Part shown: in pieces, positions 20,038 through 30,936 of the stretch | How positions within the stretch are numbered: the first letter of the stretch is position 1 | Layout: every line of letters begins with the position of its first letter | From: Methanothrix sp. | GTDB lineage: Archaea > Halobacteriota > Methanosarcinia > Methanotrichales > Methanotrichaceae | DNA length: 64,000 nucleotides | Assembly: GCA_963682135.1 (NCBI GenBank) | Contig: OY821645.1 | Location: 1,632,001-1,696,000 of the forward strand | Direction of reading: 5' to 3' | The notes under the pieces: model-generated | What the model saw: the letters and a program-made list of their open reading frames with translations, nothing else | The model's database searches: none | What the model was told of the DNA's origin: nothing | Program-made: the position numbers and the translations under genes

Positions 20038-20469
20038 AGCTATACCTCAAATTTTTATTAGCATTGACTTATCAGCATATAATTCTTTTGTCTCTTGGTT
20101 TTTTAGATTTTAGGTCCGGCCGCAGGAGGCAAAAAGCATAGGCAAATACGTGCGCATAGTACATAATGAGCACTCAATCAAACCATAGAACACCGTATCA
20201 ACTTCTTCGTCTTGAGTGATAAGATAGCCCCCCCCAAAAGCTATAAAACGTTTTTGTATTAGGTTCGCACATTATCTCTAAAGAAATTTAAATTAATAAA
20301 GAAGGTATATAATTGACCGGAACGCTGGATGTGGCCCGCAAAGCGATGGTCAATCGGCCCTTTTCCCATTTTGTCCCAAAAGAAGACCAAAACGTATGCT
20401 ACAGACATAGAAAACTGCTTTTTGAGACGGTAACACGGCAGGCGTGCGATCTATGGATGGTGAAAGAGG

Positions 20470-20897
20470 TGGAGTCTCGTTCAGGATGCTGACAAGTTCA
20501 TAGCCGTTATCATCAGCGGAACGAAACTAATGCAGCAGCTAATTAACGAATTATTGATCAATTCAAGGTTAAACACGTAAGAGCCAAAAAATATTATGAA
20601 AATGATGATTCATTGCAGAGTGCTCTACAAAATCTGAAGCATGTTTTGGCGGAGTCAGGGGGCACGATTATATATGGAAAGATGCCATTAATAGTAACAG
20701 ATGAACGGCAAATGACTCAGTTATTTCAAAATTTAATTGGGAACGCCTTGAAGTTTCATGGAGAAGAAACATCCAAGGTGGAGATATCTGCAGTCAGGAA
20801 TGGAGATGATTGGATTATTCGAGAAATTCCTGCGGGCTGCATAGCAGTGAAGAGTATCCAGGCACGGGCATTGGCCTTGCCATCGCCAAAAAGATAG
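20470..20897 (+). pseudogene. Degraded sensor histidine kinase (Cph1-like transmitter domain)
   Basis: DADKFIAVIISGTKLMQQLINELLINSRLNT* then ...DERQMTQLFQNLIGNALKFHGE...; G1/F boxes lost, G2 box (YPGTGIGLAIAKK) in a different frame. Start approximate. Confidence 0.75.
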
Positions 20898-20921
20898 AAG
20901 AAAAGATAGTCTGATGGATAC

Positions 20922-21383
20922 TTGCATATGATAAACGGATATAAAATTGATATTCTACTGGTAGAAGATAATCCAGCTGATGCGCGTCTGACTGAGATGG
21001 CACTCAGGGACGATAAATATCTCGTCTCCCTTATCATTGCGAAAGACGGCGTGGAAGCGCTGTCCATTTTACGCAAAGAAGGAATTCATGCCGGGTCCAA
21101 GAGTCCTGACTTCATTTTACTCGATCTTAATCTGCCCAAAAAAGACGGCCGAGAGGTGCTCAAGGAGATCAAAAGTGATGTGAAGATCAGACACATTCCG
21201 GTGGCAATCTTAACCACATCTGATGCCGAAAGCGACATTTTGTACTCCTATGGAATGCAAGCCAATTGCTATATGGTCAAACCACTGGAACTGGATCAAT
21301 TCGTGGAAATGATGAAATCCATAAAGAGTTTCTGGTTCAATACGGCCAGATTGCCCCAGAGAGATGAGATATGTGAGCCCTAA
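20922..21383 (+). CDS. Single-domain response regulator (Rcp1-like)
   Basis: ILLVEDNPAD, ILLDLNLPKKDGREVL, ILTTS, ANCYMVKP. Confidence 0.92.
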   Translation: MHMINGYKIDILLVEDNPADARLTEMALRDDKYLVSLIIAKDGVEALSILRKEGIHAGSKSPDFILLDLNLPKKDGREVLKEIKSDVKIRHIPVAILTTSDAESDILYSYGMQANCYMVKPLELDQFVEMMKSIKSFWFNTARLPQRDEICEP

Positions 21384-22548
21384 TTCCACCAAAATTCTTA
21401 TTATTGAAGATAATGAGGCTGATGCAAGGCTGATCAGGGAGTACTTGCTGGACGCATCTCGTAGAGAGGAAGATGGTATTTCCGGCACAACGTTTGATTT
21501 GACATGGAAAAAAAACCTTTCTTCGGGGCTTGAATTTCTGATCAATCAAGAGGTGGACGCCGTGCTCCTGGATTTAAATTTGCCTGACAGCGTTGGTTTG
21601 GAGACGTTCCTGAAAATTCATAAAAAGAATCAAAAAATACCCATACTGGTATTGACCGGCTTTGGTGATAGGGAGATGGCTGTAAGAGCGGTCAGGGAAG
21701 GAGCAGGGGACTATCTGGTGAAAGGAGAAGTGGACGGCAGATTGCTTCATCGTTCCATCAGCTACGCCATCGAGCGCAAAAAATCCGAGGAGGAGCTTCT
21801 CTCAGCCCAGAACAATCTGGAGAAGAAGGTTCACGAGAGGACCATTGAGTTGAAAGAGAGGTATGACGAGATTGAACAATTGGTCTATGCTATCTCTCAT
21901 GACCTCATTTTGCCACTGGTTACCATCAAAGGATTTTTAGGCTATCTCAAGAAAGATATTGCTTGCGGAGGCCGGCAGAGGATTGAAATCGATCTGGGTC
22001 TGATAGGTGATGCTGTTGAGAGAATGGAAGCCCTTTTGGTCAGGGCACTGGATGTATCGAGCATTGGCAAGCTATCCAATAATAGAGAAATGGTCTCCTA
22101 TGGCGAGATTGTTCAGGAAGCCTTGAATCTGACGGCAGATAAGATTAGTGCAAGCGATGCCAGGGTCACTGTGGCAAGTGATCTTCCCATGGTGAAAGTG
22201 GATCGGCCCAGGATTGTGGATGTCCTGGTGAATCTGATCGAGAATTGTATCAGGTATGCGGGCAATATCAGGCATCAACAGATCGAATTTGGATATCAGG
22301 CAAAAGAGGAAGAGATCGTTTTCTATGTCAAAGATAACGGCAAGGGCATAGACCCGATAACCCAGAAAGATATATTCAGTTTATTTTACCTGGGCAATGA
22401 GGCGGAAAATTCCCACGCAGGACTGGCTCTATCCAGGAGGATCATCGAATTTCATGGGGGAAGAATGTGGATAGAATCGGTTGTGAACAAAGGCTGCACG
22501 GTGTACTTCACGCTTCCCGAAAGCTTCACTATGCAGTCAGGGTTATAG
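21364..22548 (+). CDS. Hybrid receiver-histidine kinase
   Basis: Receiver IIEDNEAD/LLDLNLPD; H-box ISHDL; N-box NLIENCIRY; DNGKGI; degenerate G2 box. Confidence 0.9.
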   Translation: MRYVSPNSTKILIIEDNEADARLIREYLLDASRREEDGISGTTFDLTWKKNLSSGLEFLINQEVDAVLLDLNLPDSVGLETFLKIHKKNQKIPILVLTGFGDREMAVRAVREGAGDYLVKGEVDGRLLHRSISYAIERKKSEEELLSAQNNLEKKVHERTIELKERYDEIEQLVYAISHDLILPLVTIKGFLGYLKKDIACGGRQRIEIDLGLIGDAVERMEALLVRALDVSSIGKLSNNREMVSYGEIVQEALNLTADKISASDARVTVASDLPMVKVDRPRIVDVLVNLIENCIRYAGNIRHQQIEFGYQAKEEEIVFYVKDNGKGIDPITQKDIFSLFYLGNEAENSHAGLALSRRIIEFHGGRMWIESVVNKGCTVYFTLPESFTMQSGL

Positions 22549-22865
22549 TCAATCTATCACATCTTCAATTGGCCTCCTCGGGCTAGGACGCATGGGCTTT
22601 GCCATCCCCAGGCGGAAGATGAGTTGAGGATGACCGAGATTGACCTGCGTCTTCAGCTCCTCTCGAAGATTAGGCAAACCTATGGGCTGGCTGAAGAAGG
22701 ATGCCATTATGTCGTAAGAGGTTGCTCGAAGCAGCAGATAACTCCTTGAAGGCAGCGGGAAATCCCAAGGATACGACATCGGGCACTCCGAAGGTGTACA
22801 AGGACATGCCGTCCGGCTCAGCCGTCCAGTTACTGCGCAGCCACTCACCCAAATTTTGGTGAAAT
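22549..22865 (-). pseudogene. Acg-type nitroreductase C-terminal remnant
   Basis: ELGEWLRSNW...DGM fragment joined out of frame to LLRATSYDIMASFFSQPI...PQLIFRLG...SPRRPIEDVI. Confidence 0.6.
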
Positions 22866-23103
22866 TCCTTCCTGGCCAGTTGAATCTATCGGCGCGAGAG
22901 ACCAGATTTCAGCTTCGAATTCTCAAGCTTCAGAGATGGAATCATATTCTGAGTATCATAGGTCTTGAGCTTGATGCCTTTCTCTTTAGCATCACGATCA
23001 GCGAAATCCGTCCTTCGCAATCCTACAAGTTAAATTCAATTAGCATCAAATTCTTCTATTAATTGGGAGGAATACACTATCAACTATCTGGAGGTGGGCA
23101 AGC

Positions 23104-24210
23104 ATGAAGAGTACAGTCTACTTTGCCGGGGTCAGGGCAAGAAGCTTTCAAGATAACAAGCAAAACAAGATTATGGGCCTCTTTGATGCAGCAGGTCTGG
23201 ATGAGGTGGTACAAAAAGGCGACCTTACCGCCATAAAGATCCATTTCGGGGAGAATGGAAACGACTCCTATGTAAATCCGGTCCTCGTCCGGCCCATCAC
23301 AGAGAAGATCCGGTCCCTGGGCGCAAAGCCATTTCTTACCGATACAAATACACTCTATGGTGGTAGTAGGGCCAATGCTGTTGATCATCTGCAAGCGGCA
23401 GCCGAGCACGGTTTTGTCCCGACTGTGGCCGGAGCGCCGGTCATTATTGCCGATGGCCTGCAAGGGGACAATTTCCGGGAGGTTGAAATTGAGAGGAAGC
23501 ATTTTCGCCGGGTTATGATCGCCGGAGAGATCGCTTCTGCTAATAGCATGATCGTAGTATCCCACTTCAAGGCCCACCTTCCAGCCGGCTTTGGGGGTGC
23601 TGTAAAGAATCTGGGCATGGGCTGTGCTCCAGCGCTCGGCAAGGCAGAGCAACACAGTGCCAAGCCCATATTCAATTCCGAGCTATGCAGCGGATGCCGC
23701 TCCTGCATGGACGGCTGCCCGCGGCGGGCCATCACAGTGGAAAAGAGGATCTCGGCAGTAAACTATGATCTGTGCACAGGCTGCGGCAAATGCCTGCGCG
23801 TTTGCCCGACTCACGCTCTGGATTTCGACTGGTTTGTGGAGGTGCCTCCCTTCATGGAGAGGATGACAGAGTATGCCTATGGTGCGATAAAGGGAAAGGA
23901 ACAAAAGGTTGGGTTCTTCAACTTCCTTCTCAATATCACCCCCGACTGCGACTGTGTGCCCTGGAGCGATGCTCCTATTGTGTCAGACATAGGTATCCTG
24001 GCCTCACGCGATCCCGTGGCCATAGATCAAGCCAGCTACGATTTGGTGAACCGGCAGATGGGCCTGGCAAACTCGCTCTTGCAGAAGAATCATGAGCCAG
24101 GAATGGACAAGTTCCTGGGCGTCTGGGAGAGCACTCGAGGAAATATCCAGTTGGACTACGGGGCGACGATTGGCCTGGGAAATAAAGAGTATCATCTGAT
24201 TGAGATCTGA
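23104..24210 (+). CDS. DUF362 domain protein with 2x[4Fe-4S] ferredoxin domain
   Basis: AIKIHFGE, TDTNTLY, SHFKAH, KNLGMGCA; CSGCRSCMDGCP and CTGCGKCLRVCP; PDCDC. Confidence 0.9.
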   Translation: MKSTVYFAGVRARSFQDNKQNKIMGLFDAAGLDEVVQKGDLTAIKIHFGENGNDSYVNPVLVRPITEKIRSLGAKPFLTDTNTLYGGSRANAVDHLQAAAEHGFVPTVAGAPVIIADGLQGDNFREVEIERKHFRRVMIAGEIASANSMIVVSHFKAHLPAGFGGAVKNLGMGCAPALGKAEQHSAKPIFNSELCSGCRSCMDGCPRRAITVEKRISAVNYDLCTGCGKCLRVCPTHALDFDWFVEVPPFMERMTEYAYGAIKGKEQKVGFFNFLLNITPDCDCVPWSDAPIVSDIGILASRDPVAIDQASYDLVNRQMGLANSLLQKNHEPGMDKFLGVWESTRGNIQLDYGATIGLGNKEYHLIEI

Positions 24211-24216
24211 AGGGTA

Positions 24217-24804
24217 ATGGAGGAAAAAGACATGAGAGTTGTGGCATTTAACGGCAGTCCTCGCAAGGACGGCAATACCGCCGCTTTATTGGGCATTGTT
24301 CTCAAAGAGCTGAATGATCAAGGCATAGAGACAGAACTGATGCATTTGAAAGGGCCACTTTCCGGTTGCATCGCCTGCAACAAATGCTTCGAGAAAAAGA
24401 ACGGCAAGTGCGCCATGGATAAGGACATAATTAACGAATGCATCAAGAAGATGAGCGAAGCGGACGGAATTATTCTGGGCTCGCCAACCTACTTCGCCGA
24501 CCTCACGCCCGAACTGAAGGCCCTCATCGATAGGTCCGGGTTCGTGGCAAAGGCCAACGAGGATATGTTCAAACGCAAGGTGGGCGCAGCGGTTGTGGCC
24601 GTGCGCCGGGCGGGAGCCATTCACGTCTTCGACTCCATAAACCACTTCTTCCTCATCAACCAGATGATAATTGCTGGTTCAAATTACTGGAATATCGGAC
24701 TTGGCCTGCACGAAAAGGATGTGGAAAAGGATGAGGAGGCAATACAGATCATGAAAACTCTCGGGCAGAATATGGGCTGGCTGATGAAGAAGATCAATGA
24801 TTAG
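24217..24804 (+). CDS. Iron-sulfur flavoprotein (flavodoxin family)
   Basis: NGSPRKDGNT, CIACNKC...C, GSPTYF, RRAGA. Confidence 0.9.
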   Translation: MEEKDMRVVAFNGSPRKDGNTAALLGIVLKELNDQGIETELMHLKGPLSGCIACNKCFEKKNGKCAMDKDIINECIKKMSEADGIILGSPTYFADLTPELKALIDRSGFVAKANEDMFKRKVGAAVVAVRRAGAIHVFDSINHFFLINQMIIAGSNYWNIGLGLHEKDVEKDEEAIQIMKTLGQNMGWLMKKIND

Positions 24805-24812
24805 AGGAACTG

Positions 24813-25223
24813 ATGCAACTGGATTATCAGACGGTAGTGTCGTTAAATCTCGCCCTGCAATTGATACTCGTTGCAGCTCTTGGCGTTGCCGTCTTCCTGG
24901 CCAAAAAGAAAAGCTTCCAGAGACACTGCCTCATCCTCCGCCTGGCGGTCACTGCCCAGATTCTGGACATCCTGGCGTTAATGTCTCCGGCCATGGTCGC
25001 GATCCTGGAGCCGGGCCGGCCTAATGGTCTCTTTCAGGCTGAGGTCTTGTTGCACCACTGCCTGGGTCTAATAGTGGTACTGCTCTGGATCTACATCAAC
25101 CTGGCCTATCTGGGGCATTTGAAGGCCCGGATTGCACTTCGGCGGGCTATGCAGGCAGCAGCAGGTCTTTGGGCAGCGTCCTTTATTCTGGGGCTTTACA
25201 TCTACCAGAGAATGTATTACTAA
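24813..25223 (+). CDS. Four-TM membrane protein (DUF420-like)
   Basis: Four hydrophobic segments with His residues; co-oriented with the flavoprotein gene. Confidence 0.7.
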   Translation: MQLDYQTVVSLNLALQLILVAALGVAVFLAKKKSFQRHCLILRLAVTAQILDILALMSPAMVAILEPGRPNGLFQAEVLLHHCLGLIVVLLWIYINLAYLGHLKARIALRRAMQAAAGLWAASFILGLYIYQRMYY

Positions 25224-25236
25224 GCTTTGGTTTGCC

Positions 25237-25554
25237 TTACTCCACCCACTCATAACCGGGATATTTGATCTTATTGAAATTGCGGATCAGCTCTGCGGCA
25301 TCCTTTCGGCTGAATTCGGCTTCCATGATCCTGGTGCAGACAAAGCGCAGGGCAATCTTCTGCATTTCCTCCTCCGGGCCATCGTCCGGTTTGGAGGCCA
25401 GACCATGGGTCTCGAATAGATGCTCTTTCTCGCTCATGTGAGTGCTTTTGCCCCATTTTGCGAACATCTCCGCGGCCTGATCCAGAAGATGCTGATCAAA
25501 TGCCTCCGGGAGTAAGATGCCTTCGAACTGCTTTAAAAATTCATCTTTTCTCAA
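25237..25554 (-). CDS. Hypothetical protein
   Basis: 105-aa ORF with TTG start after a purine-rich SD; globular composition. Confidence 0.65.
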   Translation of the reverse strand: MRKDEFLKQFEGILLPEAFDQHLLDQAAEMFAKWGKSTHMSEKEHLFETHGLASKPDDGPEEEMQKIALRFVCTRIMEAEFSRKDAAELIRNFNKIKYPGYEWVE

Positions 25555-25731
25555 GATAATCGCCCCGCTTAATCAATATCCAAGGATGATTCATTTCAGG
25601 ATAATTGGTATGCATTCCTATAAAAAGCTTGATTGAAATTTGCTTATCAATTGCGCCCTAAAAAATTATTTGAGAACTCCGTCGCAGGTTCTCTTTACCG
25701 GAAAAAGTGACCAATCGTAAGTGATTGGCTA

Positions 25732-26844
25732 CTAGTATGGAATGGATGTGGTGTAAACAGTGGTAGCCGCAGGTACATTGATGATCTTGGCGACACCCCT
25801 CACGAAGTTCATAGTCTTCTCGAAGTTGTTCATGCCATCAAATATGCGAATGGTGTGCGCCATGCCGCCCACGACTGAGAATCTGAAAACTCCATCCTGA
25901 GCATCGCCGTTGCTGCCTTCTTTGCCAACCATGACGCCGTCAACGTAGACATCGTATCCTTTCATCGTCGTTTGAATCGTTACAGGCGTGTCCCCGACGG
26001 CAGTCGTCTGCGGCGGATAGGATGTGCCGTATGTCTGGTAAGAGGTCGATACGCTGGTGGTGGTCTGGCCTAGGCCGCCGGTCGTGGTCTGACCAGCATA
26101 AGGCTGGTTGGAGGCAGGCGGCATATTGGAGGAGGGCGGCATCTGGCTGGCAGCCGAGACCTGGCTGGTTGGTGGCGCCTGGCTGATCACATCAACGATG
26201 ATGGAGTTGCTGGGCTGGTTGCTCTGCACGAAGAGCAGAATGTGCCTGCCCACTTTGTCCGCCATGTAGTTGAGGCTGTTATAGCCTGCGAAGAAATTTA
26301 CCCGTTTGTTGGTTATGCTCGAAGTATCCGTCTGAGTGATTTCATAATAATCAGCCTGTCCGCCTGCGGGAGCAAAGGCGATCAATTGCAGGCCGGTTCC
26401 TGCCGGGACTATAGCATACGCGGACCAATCCAGACCCTTCTGGATCCACAGTTCATTGCCTCTCGCGGCGGCTGTGGCCGACTGGTACTGGGTGTAGGTA
26501 ATTTCCTTGCCGCTGCCGAAATAGATACGCGATGGCATCTTATGTGTGACATCAATTTTCACCGGACTAAAGCCGATCACCGGCACGCTGCTGTTGATAA
26601 GAAACTCTGAGAGGAAGGAAGTAGCACTGCTGGTGTTCTGAAACTCGGGGCCAAACCACGGTCCGCTCAAATCCGTACTTGCATCACCGATGCCGAACAG
26701 GCTGTTTACGTATTCTTCATTAAAAGCTCCCCCGGTCAGACCAATGGACTGATCCAAGGAAAAGCCCTGCGCACCTATTGCACTTGCTGCCCCTGCACCC
26801 AAGATCAGGGTCATAAGACATAAGCATAAGCAATTGAATCTCAA
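25732..26844 (-). CDS. Secreted protein with P/T/S-rich linker and PEGA-like C-terminal domain
   Basis: SD GAGGTG, signal peptide, NELWIQ/GRHILLFV motifs, YDVYVDGVMVG. Confidence 0.75.
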   Translation of the reverse strand: MRFNCLCLCLMTLILGAGAASAIGAQGFSLDQSIGLTGGAFNEEYVNSLFGIGDASTDLSGPWFGPEFQNTSSATSFLSEFLINSSVPVIGFSPVKIDVTHKMPSRIYFGSGKEITYTQYQSATAAARGNELWIQKGLDWSAYAIVPAGTGLQLIAFAPAGGQADYYEITQTDTSSITNKRVNFFAGYNSLNYMADKVGRHILLFVQSNQPSNSIIVDVISQAPPTSQVSAASQMPPSSNMPPASNQPYAGQTTTGGLGQTTTSVSTSYQTYGTSYPPQTTAVGDTPVTIQTTMKGYDVYVDGVMVGKEGSNGDAQDGVFRFSVVGGMAHTIRIFDGMNNFEKTMNFVRGVAKIINVPAATTVYTTSIPY

Positions 26845-27003
26845 TTATAACACCTCATTTGTTGCTGCTTTAGCCATATATTATTTAGCTTTAAGTCTTT
26901 TCTGAGTCTCATCTGAATCTCATGGAAACATTGATGCAATTGTATTGCCTCAAAAATGTGGATTAAGTTTAAAAAATTTATTAAGATCGGAAGCAGGCAT
27001 CTT

Positions 27004-28857
27004 TCAGAAAGTAGCTTCCAGGCTCCATTTGTTCAGCTTGCCTGTGTCTCTGCTTGCCAAATCCCTTATCTTGAGTGTCCATTTGCCCTTTATGGACTGG
27101 CCGAGAAGAGGGACAAGAGATGCCTTTGACTTGGAGTCATAACTCATCTTCAGATCCTTCTTGCCGATCCCGGTGCGGTTGTGCAGAATGGCTCTCTTAC
27201 CGCCTGGTGAGGTGAGTTCTACTCTCAGGTTGGAGATGTTATTATGGCTTATATCGACTTGCACCACCAGCTGCTTGACCTTGCCATCCTGATCGAGCAA
27301 TATTGTATTGGAAAGGCCCGTGGTGCTATTGTCCGGAATGGTTTCGCCGGATGTCGATGATCCTTTGGCCACGTGATCAGTCTTTTCTTGCCCAACCACA
27401 AATGTCACAGTACGGCCCGGCTCGCTGATATTTGATATCGTCAGCCCTGAATCCGATCCATCCCAAAGAATCGTAGAGGGTCTTGTGGCATGGCTGAGGG
27501 CAATTCCCACCATCTTGCCGAAGAGATCCTTTTCGTCTCCCATGCTGCGGTTGGTCTCCAGATCCAGGCTTCCGTCCGCCTGCAAGAGCCCGCACTGGTA
27601 ATGTTTAGTGGCAGACCCGCCCTGCCATTCATTTGAGCCCAGTGTGTCGCAGTGATAGACCGCCAGGCCGCTGGCGGGAATGGAGGCATCAAGGCCCAAC
27701 TTGGAGCGGTTTTCCACCAGGAAATATTCATTTATCTTACCGGTCTCATAAATTATAACTGAACCGTAATCGCCATGATCAACCTGATACTGGCCGGGCT
27801 TGCTCAGACGAACCGTCTTATCGCACCATCCGACAAGGTTGCGCAGGAAGGCGCATACCGGCGCAGGAGTTCTTCCATCATCGTTATGATTGCCGGCGCT
27901 CATGAGGCAGAAGTAGCCCAGGCCCGCGCTCTTCTCAAAGTCACCGTCCCGATTGCCATAATCGTAGAGGTCCGGCCAGCGGCATAGCATATGGCCGCTC
28001 TCATGGCAGAAGGTTCCGATGGAGAGATCCTCTTTGCTTCGGCCCATGCTGGAGAGCATATAAAAGTAGGTCTTCATATTTTTGTACTTGAGGTCTATGA
28101 TGTGGTTATGCGGCCACAGCTCTCCCAAGTATTGCGTTTGGCCGGCATAAAGGAAGCTCATGGCATCTACGGTTCCCACCCCTCGCGAATCGAACTTCTC
28201 CAGTTCCAGGCCACCTTTTACTGCCAGGTCAAGGGCCTCCTTGACGAGCAGGTTTTCCGTATAATATTGGCGGTTGCGGCTCAAGGTTATTGGCCCTACC
28301 ACCTCGTTGGTATAGTCCAGCTTGCCGCTGGACATGAGGCGGTAATACTCTCGCACCGAGCAGAAGTTGCCGTTCTCATGGTAGTCCTGGCCATTGAGCA
28401 GGGCGTCTACATCTTCCCTTGTGACGGTGCTCTTCACATCTGTAAACTGGACCAGCACAGTCAGACCCTTGATCGCGCCCTCGCTCACTCGCCTTCCTTC
28501 TAACAGTCCTTTTTCCGCCCCGAAGGTACGCAGATTAAGGCTGGGCTTGAAGGCGGACACAGGGGGATCCATCTTGGCATATCTTGCTTCAAACTTGCGG
28601 TTTCTAACCTCTTCGGATTCCTTGAAGTGGCGTCGGACAAGATCGGGCGGAATTTGGGATAGATCCACACCACTGGAGACGAACTCACCCGAGATCAGGA
28701 AGGCATAGCAGTACAGTCCATGGTCCTGGTCGTAGACCACGGAATAGCCGTCCATATTTTCATATCGGGAATAGAACTCATCACCGTAGACTCTGAGTTG
28801 CACCTCTGGACCCTTCTCTTGGGGGAAGGTCAGGAACTCTCCAAATATCGAACTCAT
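27004..28857 (-). CDS. M6-family (immune inhibitor A-like) metalloprotease with P-proprotein domain
   Basis: GTFCHESGHMLCRWPDLYD, CLMSAG, EYFLVENR; C-terminal VDISH...LTSPGG...GKWTLKIRD...DTGKLNKWSL. Confidence 0.9.
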   Translation of the reverse strand: MSSIFGEFLTFPQEKGPEVQLRVYGDEFYSRYENMDGYSVVYDQDHGLYCYAFLISGEFVSSGVDLSQIPPDLVRRHFKESEEVRNRKFEARYAKMDPPVSAFKPSLNLRTFGAEKGLLEGRRVSEGAIKGLTVLVQFTDVKSTVTREDVDALLNGQDYHENGNFCSVREYYRLMSSGKLDYTNEVVGPITLSRNRQYYTENLLVKEALDLAVKGGLELEKFDSRGVGTVDAMSFLYAGQTQYLGELWPHNHIIDLKYKNMKTYFYMLSSMGRSKEDLSIGTFCHESGHMLCRWPDLYDYGNRDGDFEKSAGLGYFCLMSAGNHNDDGRTPAPVCAFLRNLVGWCDKTVRLSKPGQYQVDHGDYGSVIIYETGKINEYFLVENRSKLGLDASIPASGLAVYHCDTLGSNEWQGGSATKHYQCGLLQADGSLDLETNRSMGDEKDLFGKMVGIALSHATRPSTILWDGSDSGLTISNISEPGRTVTFVVGQEKTDHVAKGSSTSGETIPDNSTTGLSNTILLDQDGKVKQLVVQVDISHNNISNLRVELTSPGGKRAILHNRTGIGKKDLKMSYDSKSKASLVPLLGQSIKGKWTLKIRDLASRDTGKLNKWSLEATF

Positions 28858-28965
28858 GATAGATCAACCTCGCGGGTGCGCGCCGCAAGACGGCGCTCAG
28901 GGCAAGCTGTTGTCTGATGACTATTTAATTATTTTCTCTACTAAAAAAAGTTTCTTGATGGATGC

Positions 28966-30243
28966 TTACTTGCGTCCTATTCCCTTCTCCATGGCCTCTT
29001 TGGAAAGCCGGATGGCGCATAGCTCCGAGCACATGGTGCAGGTGTCCGTCTCCACGCCCCGTCGGTGACGAATCTGCTTTGCCCGGGCCGGATTTATGGC
29101 AGCATTGAACTGTCCGTTCCAATCCAGCTCGGCGCGGGCGCGGGCCATCTGCAAATCCCGCGCCCTGGCCTTCTCCCGTACGCCGGGACGGGTGAGGTCA
29201 GCTGCATGCGCAGCTACGCGGGTGACGTAGGTGCCCTCGATCACATCCTCAATGGTAGGCAGGTCCAGGTGCTCGGAGGGGGTGGTGGCGCAGAGGAAGT
29301 CGGCACCAGCCATGCCGGCAATCACTCCGCCCATGGCGGCGGTGATGTGGTCGTAGCCGGGCGCAATGTCCGTGACCAGCGGGCCCAACAAATAGAGGGG
29401 CGCGCCGTCCGTCAAATGCTTCATGGCCTTGACGCTGGTCTCGATCTCATCCGCAGGCACATGTCCCGGCCCCTCCACCATGGCCTGCACGCCTGCGGCA
29501 CGAGCTCTCTTCACCAGCTCGCCCAGCATGATGAATTCCATGTACTTGGCCCGGTCGGAGGCATCCTCAATGCAGCCTGGCCGAAGGCCATCGCCCAAAG
29601 AGAGCGTCAGATCATACTCTTTAGCTATTTCCAGGAGATAATCGTACTCGGAATAGTAGGGATTGTCCTCTCCGGTCTCACTGATGTATTTCATGGTCAA
29701 GGAGCCGCCCCGGCTGACCACGCCCATGACGCGCGGATCGAGGCGAAGCCTCTCCAGAGAATTCTTGTTGACGCCCACATGGACGGTGACGAAGTCCACG
29801 CCGTCTTTGGCATGCTTCTCCAGGGCGTTGAACATGCCCTGCGCCGTCAGATCCTTTTTGACGGCCGCATTGTAGATGGGCACCGATCCCACGGGAATGC
29901 TGACTGCATCTAAAATCATCCTTCGCACTGCGTCCAGATCCCCGCCCGTGGACAGGTCCATCACCGCGTCTGCGCCAGCAGTCGCCGCGGCGAGCGCCTT
30001 TTCCACTTCGCTCTGCGGAGAGTCCAGGTTTTGCGATGTGCCCACATTCACATTCACCTTGGTGGTAAGCTGCTCACCCACACCGATGGGCTCCAGCCTT
30101 TCCCGGCGGATGTTTCTGGGAATGACTGCCAGGCCCATTGCCACCAGATCGGCCAGCTTTGCCGGCTCTATTCCCTCGCGCTTGGCCACGGCCTCTATCT
30201 CAGTGGGCACACGGCCTCTCTTAGCCTCTTGCATCAACGTCAT
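28966..30243 (-). CDS. thiC: Phosphomethylpyrimidine synthase (ThiC family)
   Basis: [65 protein letters not shown]. True start is ATG 30243. Confidence 0.92.
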   Translation of the reverse strand: MTLMQEAKRGRVPTEIEAVAKREGIEPAKLADLVAMGLAVIPRNIRRERLEPIGVGEQLTTKVNVNVGTSQNLDSPQSEVEKALAAATAGADAVMDLSTGGDLDAVRRMILDAVSIPVGSVPIYNAAVKKDLTAQGMFNALEKHAKDGVDFVTVHVGVNKNSLERLRLDPRVMGVVSRGGSLTMKYISETGEDNPYYSEYDYLLEIAKEYDLTLSLGDGLRPGCIEDASDRAKYMEFIMLGELVKRARAAGVQAMVEGPGHVPADEIETSVKAMKHLTDGAPLYLLGPLVTDIAPGYDHITAAMGGVIAGMAGADFLCATTPSEHLDLPTIEDVIEGTYVTRVAAHAADLTRPGVREKARARDLQMARARAELDWNGQFNAAINPARAKQIRHRRGVETDTCTMCSELCAIRLSKEAMEKGIGRK

Positions 30244-30297
30244 GAATACCAACTGATATATTGTAAGAACGGAATTCGCTTCGCAGGTGTTTATCTC

Positions 30298-30936
30298 ATG
30301 GTTGAAGTGCATAAGGTTAGCGGTGCGGCCTTTGATGGCAATGTCTACCTGATCCTGGACAAAAAGCCTATTTTGGTAGATGCAGGCATGATGGCCGGCC
30401 CGACCCTCAAAAATATCAAGAAATTTATTGATCCCACCAAGATCGAGATGATCGTTCTCACTCACTGCCACCACGACCACTCCGGTGCGGCTCCGGCGCT
30501 CCAGGAGGCCACCGGTGCGAAGCTCCTTCTGAGCGAAAGAGAAGTCGGGGCTGTAGGAGACGACATGGCATCCGTCGCCTATCTCTTCGGCCAGCAGGCC
30601 CCTAATTATAAGGTGGATGAGACGCTCAAGGAGGGCATGGTCCTGGATATCGGCGAATGGAAGCTGCGAGTAATGGAGACGCCCGGCCACTCCCAGGGCA
30701 GCCTCTGCCTCTACGAGGAGAAGGAAAAGGTGCTCTTCTCGGGAGACACCGTCTTTCCGGACGGCAACATCGGTAGGACGGATATGTACGGAGGCGACAC
30801 ACCGGAACTCGTCAAATCCATTGAGCGGCTGACCAAATTGGATGTGCAGACCATGTATCCCGGCCACATGGAGATCACCAGTCGCGATGTAAACCGCCAG
30901 ATACAGCTGAGCCTGAGGTTCGCGAATAGCATTTAG
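30298..30936 (+). CDS. MBL-fold metallo-hydrolase
   Basis: THCHHDH, TPGHS, FSGD, YPGH; ATG at 30298, divergent from thiC. Confidence 0.92.
   Translation: MVEVHKVSGAAFDGNVYLILDKKPILVDAGMMAGPTLKNIKKFIDPTKIEMIVLTHCHHDHSGAAPALQEATGAKLLLSEREVGAVGDDMASVAYLFGQQAPNYKVDETLKEGMVLDIGEWKLRVMETPGHSQGSLCLYEEKEKVLFSGDTVFPDGNIGRTDMYGGDTPELVKSIERLTKLDVQTMYPGHMEITSRDVNRQIQLSLRFANSI

Noticed and set aside
30244-30297. TPP riboswitch upstream of thiC
   Set aside because: The intergenic region is too short and lacks the conserved CUGAGA motif.
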